In this document: piece by piece, positions 33,195-42,792 of the stretch
How positions within the stretch are numbered: position 1 is the first letter of the stretch
Layout of the letters: the number at the start of each line of letters is the position of its first letter
Assembly: GCA_963756875.1 (NCBI GenBank)
Contig: CAVWPA010000003.1
Location: 1,600,001-1,664,000, forward strand
DNA: 64,000 nt
Source: an uncultured Verrucomicrobiae bacterium
Lineage (GTDB): Bacteria > Verrucomicrobiota > Verrucomicrobiia > Chthoniobacterales > UBA10450
Direction of reading: 5' to 3'
The notes under the pieces: model-generated
Seen by the model: the letters and a program-made list of their open reading frames with translations, nothing else
Databases searched by the model: none
What the model was told of the DNA's origin: nothing
Position numbers and translations under genes: made by a program

Positions 33195-35950
33195 ATGACG
33201 AAGAATCCGCAGAAGTCCTCCGCGCGCAGAAACACGCTCATATATCCTGTAGCCACGCCCCTGTGGGGCGTCTGTTCGAGCGAGGGCGACGGCGCGCAGC
33301 GCCGTGGCTACAGCGTGCGCAATTGTGCGACGGTGATTACCGCGCTCGCCGCCGTTACTCTGTCAGTTGTTTCTGTGAGCTTCGCGCAAAATGTGGATCG
33401 TATCGAGACCAAGGAAGTTCAGCGGCGCGAAGCTGCGATCCCACAGGGCGCCGAAGCGCTGGCGGCGGGCCAGGTGGCGATGAAGGAAAGGAATTATGCC
33501 GTCGCGCACGAGCAATTTCGAACGGCGGTGGCGTTTTTGCCCGGAAACGGGCACGAAGACGCGGTGAACGGTTTTTGCGACAGCGGCGTCAAGCTGGCGG
33601 AGGAGAAAATTGCGGAAGGAAGATACGCCGAAGCGGAGTCAATCGTGCGTGATATTTTGGCCGATCGTTACAATCCCAATTGCAGGCCTGCGCTCGAGCT
33701 TCTCGCTCATTTGGAGACGCCCGGCTACTTCAATAAAACGATGGGGCCGAAGTTCATCGCCAAGGTTGAGGAGGTGAAACAGCTTCTGACCGATGCCGAA
33801 GGATATTACCAATCCGGCCGTTACGATTTGGCGTTCAAGAAATACGAGCAAGTGCTGGCGCTCGATCCGTACAACACGGCCGCCCGTCACGGCGAAGAAA
33901 AAATCGACAATACCAAATATCAGTACAACAAGGAGGCCTACAACGAAACACGGGCGCGCGAGCTTTGGAAGGTGGAGAAAGGCTGGGAAGAACCGGTCAA
34001 GCAATATGGGAAAAACGTCGGCCCGCTGGCGGAATCATTCCAAAGATCAAGCGCCGGCACGGCCCAGATCACGAACAAACTTAACTCGATCATCATTCCG
34101 CACATCGAGTTTCGGGACGCGAGCATTCGCGAAGCGATAGATTTTCTCCGTCAACAGGCGGCTGCCAATGACACGTCAACTGAGGGGAAAAAGGGAGTCG
34201 ATATCGTGCTGCGTTTGACGCCGATGGGTCAGGGTGCGGCGCCGGCCGCGGTTCAGCCAGCATCCCCCGCAATGGAAACTGCGCCGGCGGCGGGCGGCCC
34301 CGAAGGGGCTGCGGCCACTCCTATTCCCCTGGCGCCGGTCGTGGCGCCGTCCGTGGTTGCTGCTCCGCCGATTTCACCGGCGAACGCTCGAATCACGATC
34401 ACGTTAAACCAGATTCCACTGGGTGAAGCGCTGCGTTACATCGCCAGCCAGGCCGGGCTGAAGGTCAAAGTCGATCCGTACGCGGTTTCGATCATTCCAC
34501 TGAACGAGCAGAGTAACGATTTGGTCACGAAAGAATACCGGGTTCCGCCCGGTTTCATTACGACTACCGTGAACGCCGGGGCATCCATCATTGAATGCGC
34601 CGGCAACGCGCGTCGGTGCCGGAGGGGCCGGCACAGGCGCCGGAACCGTTGAATCCACCGGAGGCCAGCCGCTTGTGAATCGCGAGGGAGCCAAGGAGTT
34701 TCTGCAGAGCCAGGGCGTGCCATTTCCGCCGGGAGCCAGCGCCAATTTTCTTCCACAAAGCAGCCGCCTGATTGTCCGTAACACGGAGGACAACCTGGAG
34801 CTGGTCGATGCGCTGGTGGAACAGGCGAACGTCTCTGGGCCGAAGCAGGTCGAGATCGAATCAAAATTTATCGAGATCACACAGACCAATTTGAAGGAGC
34901 TCGGCATGGATTGGCTGCTTCAGCCATTCAATATACCGGTAACCTAATGTTTAGCGGCGGAACTTCTGGAAACGGGGTCCCTGTGAACCCGGTCGAATTT
35001 CCTTTCACAGTTGTCGAACGCAGCCGGCACTCGGATTCCCATCGGTCAGCAACCTGTAACTGCCGGCAATCGGAGCGGCAGACTTCGCCATTACGCAGGA
35101 TGCGATTGATTCGCTGCTCGCGGGGACGACGGGACAAAAGAATACCGCGCCCGGAATCTTTGGCCTCAGTGGGACTATCGGAAACGCTACATTCCAGGCT
35201 GTGCTGCGCGGATTAAACCAGAAAAAAGGCATAGACTTGCTTTCAGCGCCCAGCGTAACGACAAAAAGCGGTCAGCGTGCTGTTATTGAGATTGTCCGTG
35301 AGTTTCGTTATCCGACGCAGTTCCAACCACCGCAAATTCCGCAGACGGTTGGTAGCACCAACGGAGCCAGTCGGAGGGGCAGCATCGATTCCAGTCACAC
35401 CCACTACGCCGACGGCCTTCGAAACGAGGAATACGGGCGTTACACTGGAAGTCGAACCGGTGGTGGGACCGGACGGGACTACGATCGATCTTAATCTCGT
35501 TCCACAGGTGGTCGAATTCGAAGGCTTCATCAATTATGGCAGTCCGATTCTTGCCCCTGCATCATTTACGGTTAATCCGCTTGGGAACGTCTTTACCCAG
35601 CCTCGACTAATAACGCCGAATGTGATCAATCAGCCGATCTTCAGCTCGCGCAAGGTGACAACTAGTGTGAGCGTCTGGGATGGACAGACCGTCGTGCTTG
35701 GCGGTCTGATGCGCGAAGACGTACAAAAAATCGAGGACCGCACGCCGATTATCGGAGACATTCCGCTTTGTCGGTCGCCTTTTCCGCACAAATGCCGACC
35801 AGCACATCAAGACGCAACCTCGTGATTTTTGTGACCGCGCATCTGGTGAACCCAGCCGGTCAGCCGATTAATCAGCCCGGCGAAGAAGAAGAAGAACAGG
35901 AAGCGGTGACGCCTCCGATGTTGCCGGAACTGCCGGCGTACAAAAAGTAA
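33195..35950 (+). CDS. TPR-containing secretin (PilQ/GspD-like, Amuc_1098-like), several frameshifts
   Basis: QVEIESKFIE, LLSAPSVTTKSGQ, NTGVTLEVEP, DGQTVVLGGL, PIIGDIP, RNLVIFVT are spread over several frames between 34.6 and 35.8 kb. Confidence 0.85.
33248..33312. repeat. GTAG REP doublet within the 5' end of the secretin ORF
   Basis: tgtagccacgcccctgtggggcgt ... acggcgcgcagcgccgtggctaca. Confidence 0.8.
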
Positions 35951-35963
35951 GGGGAACTGTAAC

Positions 35964-36305
35964 ATGACAAAGGTATTTATTAGGCTAATTGCGGTTTGCG
36001 CTCTTTTAACCGTGTCGATGCCTCCGTTGGCGCAAGCCAGGGGCAGGAAGAAACGCACTCCAGCGCCGACGCCGCATGCGATCGTGATCGCAAGGATTGG
36101 CGCAAACTCCATTACGGTAACGGACGAAAACACGACAAAAACCGTGACGGTGACACAGTTCACCGAAATTACTGTCAACGGACGGCGTGCTACCTTCGCC
36201 GATCTCAAGCCGGGCATGGTTGTCAGTCTGACCCTTTCCAGTCCGACCCAGGCCAGCCGGATCACTGCTACGGACGCCCCTGCGGGCGGCAGCACGAAAA
36301 AATAG
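35964..36305 (+). CDS. Small secreted hypothetical protein
   Basis: Signal peptide; TEITVNG...DLKPGM.V motif. Confidence 0.65.
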   Translation: MTKVFIRLIAVCALLTVSMPPLAQARGRKKRTPAPTPHAIVIARIGANSITVTDENTTKTVTVTQFTEITVNGRRATFADLKPGMVVSLTLSSPTQASRITATDAPAGGSTKK

Positions 36306-36466
36306 AACTCCTTCTTCGATCTCATTCGCTGAGCTGGGCAATCTCAGTATGGGCGATGGCCTCGATTGTGCCGCCCTGAGGGGTATCTGTTGCCAATGGT
36401 CAGCGAAGTTTTTGCTGGAGCTGAAGATAGGCCCATGAATAATGACCGCCGAAGCATGGAGGCGTC

Positions 36467-37129
36467 ATGCAGGAACCCAGTGTAGCAATTTCTCTTCTAC
36501 TGGCGGCGTTCTTGTCGCCCGCCTCTTGCTCGAAGAACGCCAGACAGGCAGCTGAGCAGGCAAATCCGACACCGATGCCACCATTGGCTACACAAAGCCC
36601 AACACCTAGTCGAAATCCGAGATCAAGCTCGACTCCAGTGGCAACTCCATCAGAGCATCATCGTCTTGCTCCATCGGGCGTTTTGTATCTTATCCAGCGC
36701 GCTTCATTGACGACAAACTCGGGCGTGATTGGTTTTTCGCCAGGGACACGCGTGCGCTTAGTCGAAGACAAGGGCGAGACGATAGTTGTGACGGACGGCA
36801 CGGTGAAAATCGAGGTGCCCGCCGACATTTTGACCGACGATCCTGATATTGCGACGTTTGCGGCGAGGCAGGACGCGCAAGCGCAGCAGGCCCTGGCAAC
36901 GTATTTAGCAAACCAGGAGGCAATTGACCAAGCGGCGCGCGAAAAGCGAAACGAAACATTCGATCGGGAGCAGCATGAAGCAGCCGTAAGTCGGCAATCA
37001 GCCGCGGTTGCAGCCAAGGGAAGCAATCCTTTGAGTCGTGGGGCGTATCATCAAACCTACTCCTTATCCTTACTATTACCCACACCGGTGGATCTATTAT
37101 TCTCCGTCACCATGATTCGCGCGCTGTAA
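36467..37129 (+). CDS. Hypothetical lipoprotein
   Basis: Hydrophobic segment + ASC, Pro/Thr linker, SH3-like strands, coiled coil; the C-terminus may be frameshifted. Confidence 0.55.
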   Translation: MQEPSVAISLLLAAFLSPASCSKNARQAAEQANPTPMPPLATQSPTPSRNPRSSSTPVATPSEHHRLAPSGVLYLIQRASLTTNSGVIGFSPGTRVRLVEDKGETIVVTDGTVKIEVPADILTDDPDIATFAARQDAQAQQALATYLANQEAIDQAAREKRNETFDREQHEAAVSRQSAAVAAKGSNPLSRGAYHQTYSLSLLLPTPVDLLFSVTMIRAL

Positions 37130-37242
37130 CTACCCGATCCAAGCGAGCCGAGTCACTGCCACCGACGCACCCGCCGGGCGCGCGACAAAGAACTAGATCC
37201 GTCCTTCGCGTCACCTGGGCGTGCGATTTGGCGACGCCTGAT

Positions 37243-39962
37243 TCATTTGATTTTATAAACTACCGACACGATCGAACTGTCAGGAATGCCGGGTTTAACC
37301 GCTTTTGCTTTAACGGTTTTGGTTCCCTTCTGTTTGATCGTGAAGGGACCCGTGAACATGTTCGACGACGTTGTCGGATTCATTCCGTTCGTCGTGTAAT
37401 AAATCGTCGCGCCCGGAGTTCCCGTCGCAATGTTGATCGTCACTTTCTTTTTGTATGTTCCGGCTTTCGGCGCGATAACGGGAACCAATACCCCTGCGGG
37501 GTTGGCGGTATAGGTATAATCTTGCGGAGGATTATACCACGTGCCGCTTACCAGAGACCAAAGGCGAACGTAGAGTGTGCTACGATCCGTTGGCAGGTTC
37601 GAAACCGTCCAGGAATGGCCGCCGGTTTGACTGGAGCTGAAGATATCTGATGCGCCTGTGTTGTTGCCGACAAACAGCATGTACGCGGTGGCATTGCCGA
37701 CACTCCAGCTGAAGCTAACCGTCGCAGAATTTAGCGTCGATCCAGGGGCCGGGCTGCTGATCACACCGTAGGGAGTCGTGTATGTCGGCGGAGTAGCGGA
37801 AGGAAGAGGAGTCGGTGTCGGCGTTGGCGTAGGAGAGGGCGTTGGACTTGGAGTCGCAGATCCGACTGCGCAAAATTCTGTTGCCGGTTCTCGATTGGCC
37901 GTCCGGATTTATAATCGTTACGTCGTACGTGGTGTTTGCTGCGGCGGTCGTGTTTAGGTTGAGAGAAACCTGGGTTGGATTCTGATAGGTGATAGAGTTC
38001 ACAGTAACGCTGCCGCTCGCTCCGCCGGTTACCGAGGCAGCGATACGGTTCTGGAAGCCGGAGCCGGGATCGAAAAACCCTGACCCTGAAACAGAAATTC
38101 CTGTGATCGTGACATTCGCTGAAGGTTGACCGAGAGGCACGCTCGAGCTGGCTCCGCCGGGAGTTGCGGGTGGCGGCGCAAGGAGCTTTGCTACTCGGAC
38201 GGCGTAGTTGTCTGTCCCGTTACAATACTCCTGGATCGTCCAAATGGTCATGTCATCCGTGGGATCCAGGCTTGTAAATGAGTAATCCCCCCAGCGCCGA
38301 GCACCGCTGCTGCCTGGATCGCCGGCCGGATTGTATGATGAGCTGCTGGCAGAAAAGAGTGTTGGTAGCCCCGAGTAACTTGCCATGACCCCCATTGGGT
38401 CGCTAAACACGCGCCCATTAGTTGCCGCATCGATCCGGTAGGGACTGCCAGCGGTACGAAAGCCAAGCACAGCATGTCCCTGCCCGGATACCATGGCGGA
38501 AGGCATCCAATATTGCCGGGCATCCGAAAGATTCGCCGCGCTGTCAAAAACCGTACCCGATTCTGAACAACAGTGGGCTATCCCGACCCGACCGGCACAC
38601 TTAGTTCATACCAGCGAACTGCGTCTCGCCGCTGCGGATCGACACTCGATGACACACCTGAGCCGGACACCGCGATGGTGTGAGCGGTCCACAAGCGACC
38701 ATTCCGGATATGCGCGGCAAAAAGGCGGTCATCGATCGCGTCGAGCTGGCCGTTTGTGCCGCCCGTGTTTCCAAGATGGTTTACCGAAATCGGATACGCC
38801 GTGGAGTTAACTGTGATGGGGATATTTGCAGAGATTGACGGCGTGGTGCCTGGGTTGCTGACGCGCCGAAGAACCAATCTACCGAAAGCCATGTCGCTTG
38901 GGCCAATAACATACCCTTCGGTTGACGAGGGATCGAAATTATCTACTCCACGTGGGCTGTCCGGTCCCTCGCCTCCGGAAATTAGTCCACGAAACGCCGT
39001 TACGACAATCGGGCCCCCGTTTAAGATCGAACTCTTTCGGATGACGAATAGGGACGTGTTCACGAAGATACCGCTCGTGGTGAACATGTTCCCACCGATG
39101 TACAGCGCGTTGTTATCCACTCCTAATGAATCGTAGTCGAGCAATTCCCCGGTGTTCGCTCCGTCGACTGTATCTTGCTGGACGTAATACAGCGTCCAAA
39201 CCGTATCTCCGTTGACGGTTCCATTGCTCGCTGCATCCGATACAGCGATAAGAATTCGATTCGGAATATCGCCAATACTTGTCTCTGAAGTGCTAGGCAC
39301 ATCAATCATTGTTAAAATCCAACGATTGGTCAGGCGGTCGTACCGGATCTGCGGATCGGAAGTGAAATTTATGGCGGCTGACTTGCTCGGAGTCATCACG
39401 TTCGCAAAAAAATCATCAGGGCTAACATTTAGCACACCGTCCGCTGCACTCGTCGTTTTGTTGAAGCTCCGGAGCCTTCCATTCACGAACACAATGAACT
39501 GCGATGGACCAACGGCGCCCATCGAGTCATGGGAAACGCGCTAGTCTTGGCCGGCCCCGTCACTCCGTCGAAACTCGTGTCAACGGTTTGTGGCCATCGA
39601 GGGCCTGTGGCAACTTCCTCCTGTCCACGCCTCAACTGTTCTGTCTTTCCGTCCGGAGATTGTGACGCAAACTGTGCATTGGGATCTTGCGGGCGATTTT
39701 TACGCCCGGGAATTTCCAGTTCACGTTTCAAATAGAGATGCCGAGGCGCCGTGTGGGCGATTGATTCGACGATGATCTGCGCTGTCGTTCTCTGAATGCC
39801 GAGGTCGCCTATGAATGGGCGACCGATAACATCAGCACCAGAAACGGTTTTGGTTTCGGTTTGACCAAAAGCAAACCAACTGCCGGTTGAAATGGCGACA
39901 GCGCATGTCGCGACAGCAACAGATCTTTTCCAGTTACGCAGATGAGGACGAGCGTGATTCAT
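37243..39962 (-). CDS. Large secreted protein with a C-terminal Fn3-associated/chitobiase-C-like domain, split by frameshifts
   Basis: ORFs 39483-39962, 38578-39522, 37715-38506 and 37243-37764 read as one protein (signal peptide; DPQIRYD; RWGDYS...DP; P/T linker; TPGATIYYTTNG..PT). Confidence 0.65.
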
Positions 39963-40051
39963 TCGATGGAGGGATTAGGCCGAAAAGCGGGGAATGATCG
40001 CAGGAATATCTTTTCGCACAAGTCTTTTGTCGGTCGGGGATCGTTTAGGAA

Positions 40052-40630
40052 CTACCTCGCCGCTGGCGAGCTGTTCCTTGCGACCGTGCTCAGATCGCTA
40101 ATGCTGCCGTCCGCAAAGACGAGGAGATTCCCGTTGCCGTGGACATCGCCGACCTCCGCAAACCACGGCTGGCGTGGCCACCTGTGCGGGGTTATCGGCT
40201 TGTCATCGAAAGCGCTCGCGACGTAGTCGACCCGCACATTCTGCGGGTCTGACAGGTCCGGATTCCCCAGAAGATTCTGGATAGTTGGGCAAATCCATGT
40301 CTTTTGTGTCGGGCCAAAGGGAGCGAGCGCATTAATCCAGCGGCGCGCATAATCCTGCTCTCCAGAATCAGAATCCTCCTCGCCAATCTGCGGCCAGCTA
40401 CCGTTCTGCTGCACATAAAGATCCGCCGCCACGTACAGATTTCGCAGATTAGCCATGCATTGCACACGCTGTGCGCGCGCACGCAGCGTCGAGACGACAG
40501 GAAATAATAGCGTGGCCAGTATGCCGATAATGACGGCTACAATTAGAATCTCGAGTAACGTTACTCCTCTACCATTAGATTTTTCAAAGCGTCCCCCCCA
40601 AACACGCACGCCATTGAGCTTGGCTTTCAA
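40052..40630 (-). CDS. Prepilin-type N-terminal cleavage/methylation protein with H-X9-DG motif
   Basis: GVTLLEILIV..IIGILA, C.ANLR, HGNGNLLVFADG. Confidence 0.85.
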   Translation of the reverse strand: MKAKLNGVRVWGGRFEKSNGRGVTLLEILIVAVIIGILATLLFPVVSTLRARAQRVQCMANLRNLYVAADLYVQQNGSWPQIGEEDSDSGEQDYARRWINALAPFGPTQKTWICPTIQNLLGNPDLSDPQNVRVDYVASAFDDKPITPHRWPRQPWFAEVGDVHGNGNLLVFADGSISDLSTVARNSSPAAR

Positions 40631-41235
40631 GTAGTGCTGGAAGACTGCCGGAATCCGCGAACTTTATAGATGATCGGGCCACCGCTTTCTCCAGCAGGAT
40701 CAGGATCATGTCCATCGTTTCGAATATTTTTGTAAGTCAGGGAACCCCTACCAATAATCCTGCTTGTCCCAGATGAGCTCGATCGTGTTACGATGCTTGT
40801 CTTTCTGAACTTCCCGTTCGCCTCATAGTAGGATTGAATGGATTCGGAGCTTCCGGTGGAACTAGAACCTGAAGAGATAATTTGCTGGAATTGCGCATTA
40901 ATTACCCCGCTCAAGCGCCCACCATCAGGGTCAGCAGAAGCCTGAATCTGTCCGGAATAAAATATTCCGTTTCGAAACACAACGGCGTCGCCAATTCCGA
41001 GACCTGTTCGAGGAATTTTTAATGTGAAAAGGACAAGCGAGTCATCTGGAGGCAGCGTGACTGGTGGTGGGCCGGGGTCGACAACAACGACTAAGGGCAC
41101 AAGGACGCCGGCATATGTTCCGACAACCGCCACCTGTCCTCCGCCGGACCACGGGCCACCGCTGATGGCAAACGTTTGGGAGGCTGTGAAAACGAGACAC
41201 ATCAGGCAGCCGAGGAGGCTTTTCATGGCGTTCAC
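40627..41235 (-). CDS. Secreted hypothetical protein
   Basis: Signal peptide ending TFA; overlaps the start of the prepilin-like gene. Confidence 0.6.
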   Translation of the reverse strand: MNAMKSLLGCLMCLVFTASQTFAISGGPWSGGGQVAVVGTYAGVLVPLVVVVDPGPPPVTLPPDDSLVLFTLKIPRTGLGIGDAVVFRNGIFYSGQIQASADPDGGRLSGVINAQFQQIISSGSSSTGSSESIQSYYEANGKFRKTSIVTRSSSSGTSRIIGRGSLTYKNIRNDGHDPDPAGESGGPIIYKVRGFRQSSSTT

Positions 41236-41330
41236 TTAAGAAAAATGCTTTGCGCGCGTCAATCCAAAACTTCTGAATCTCGGATCACCGCGGCCGACGT
41301 GCCCGCCGGCGAAAAGCCAAAAAGTAATCG

Positions 41331-41519
41331 AGGGCGGGCGCATCGCCTGCCGTCTCTTGGTTCGGAAAATTGTAGGGCAACCGCATCGGTTGCCGGGGTT
41401 TTGGTTGGCAAGCGGAGCGCTTGCCCTACAACGGCAACGGTACGATTGGCAGTGGGGAAATTGCGTGGCGACCGCGTCGATTGCCGTTTTTTCGTTGTAG
41501 GGCAGGCGCGCCGCCTGCC
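41331..41519. repeat. Cluster of GTAG REPs upstream of RAYT2
   Basis: Arms at 41331, 41371-41430, 41462 (degenerate) and 41496-41519, all (gt)agggc-hairpin. Confidence 0.85.
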
Positions 41520-41530
41520 AATCTAAACAA

Positions 41531-41974
41531 ATGGGACATCCTCCCAGGATTCCTGTTTGGCTGCGCTGGGAACAATCGGTGATTTATTTCGTCACCATTT
41601 GTGTAGCGAATCGCAAACCCGTCCTCGCGAACGAAAACGCCTTCATCGCGTTCAAAAATGCTGTGGCAAAGCTGCATTATTGGACCGTCCTCGCCGCGAT
41701 CCTGATGCCGGATCATCTTCACGTCATCGCCGTGCCCACAGCAGATCGCGAGGCTAAAATCGGGAATTTCGCAGCCGGAATTAAGCGTTGGATGCGCCAG
41801 GAATTGAACGCCTCCTGGAAATGGCAACCGGGCTGTTTCGATCGCCTTTTGCGATCGAACGAATCGCTTCACGGTAAATGGTTGTATGTTGAAGAGAACC
41901 CGGTGCGCGCCGGTCTGGTGAAGCATTGGCAGGATTGGCCTTATCGTTACGAGTTTAACGATCCCAAATTGTAG
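41531..41974 (+). CDS. REP-associated tyrosine transposase (Y1/HUH), RAYT2
   Basis: YFVTIC, MPDHLH, WQPGCFDRLLR, YVEENPVRAGLV..WQDWPY; flanked by REPs. Confidence 0.92.
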   Translation: MGHPPRIPVWLRWEQSVIYFVTICVANRKPVLANENAFIAFKNAVAKLHYWTVLAAILMPDHLHVIAVPTADREAKIGNFAAGIKRWMRQELNASWKWQPGCFDRLLRSNESLHGKWLYVEENPVRAGLVKHWQDWPYRYEFNDPKL

Positions 41975-42034
41975 GGCAACCGCATCGGTTGCCGGGGTTT
42001 TGGTTGGCAAGCGGAGCGCTTGCCCTACAACGGC
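41966..42034. repeat. REP doublet, exact 69-bp direct repeat of 41367-41435
   Basis: aaattgtagggcaaccgcatcggttgcc...ggcaagcggagcgcttgccctacaacggc in both copies. Confidence 0.92.
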
Positions 42035-42104
42035 TGCGACGATTGCATCCGTGATTTGGTGCTTGAATCTTCCATGATGTTGGACCTTGGTGCTTTAAAT
42101 TAGA

Positions 42105-42704
42105 ATGCCTGCCATCGGAATCACGGGCGGAATTTCCACGGGCAAATCCACGTTTTGCCAGGTCCTGCGGGAGATGATGCCCACGGCGAAATTTTTCGAT
42201 GCCGATCAAGCGGCACACCAGCTGGTCGATCTTGACCCTCAGGTAAAAAAAGAAATCGCCTCCGAGTTCGGCGCGGAACTCTTTTCGCGCGAAGGGGACT
42301 TGAATCGGAGGGCGTTAGGGGCGATAATATTCCGAGACGCTGCCAAAAGACAGGCGCTCGAGCAAATTCTCCATCCGCGGATTCGCCGGCAATGGAGTGC
42401 CGAAGCGGAAACGCATCGCAAATCGCACGACTTTTTCTTCGCAGATATCCCACTTCTTTATGAAACCGGTGGCGAAACACTGTGCGACCGAGTGGCGGTG
42501 GTAGCTTGTTCGCCAGCCAATCAGGTCGCCAGGCTGCGTAAACGCCGCGCCGTGGAGCGGGAGACCGCCGAGGAAATGATCAAATCACAAATGCCGCTGG
42601 AACAAAAAATATCCCGTGCCGATCACGTCGTTTGGAACAACGGCGACCGGGGGCTGCTCAAACAACAGGTGGAGCTATTGATCGCGCTCTGGCGAAGGCA
42701 ATGA
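42105..42704 (+). CDS. coaE: Dephospho-CoA kinase
   Basis: IGITGGISTGKS, DAD, LEQILHPRI, DIPLLYE, SQM. Confidence 0.94.
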   Translation: MPAIGITGGISTGKSTFCQVLREMMPTAKFFDADQAAHQLVDLDPQVKKEIASEFGAELFSREGDLNRRALGAIIFRDAAKRQALEQILHPRIRRQWSAEAETHRKSHDFFFADIPLLYETGGETLCDRVAVVACSPANQVARLRKRRAVERETAEEMIKSQMPLEQKISRADHVVWNNGDRGLLKQQVELLIALWRRQ

Positions 42705-42728
42705 ATGTGCGCGCAGGCGAGAAACACT

Positions 42729-42780
42729 GGTAGAGCGCGCTCGCCGAGCGCGCCGGACGGCCCGGCGGTCCGTCCCTACC
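42729..42780. repeat. GTAG REP doublet in the rho leader
   Basis: ggtagagcgcgctcgccgagcgcg / ggacggcccggcggtccgtccctacc. Confidence 0.75.
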
Positions 42781-42792
42781 AAGAATTTTGAA

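Noticed and set aside
41426..42010. 194-aa minus-strand ORF opposite RAYT2
   Set aside because: It is an antisense shadow that begins and ends in REP repeats; the + strand has the HUH/Y1 motifs.
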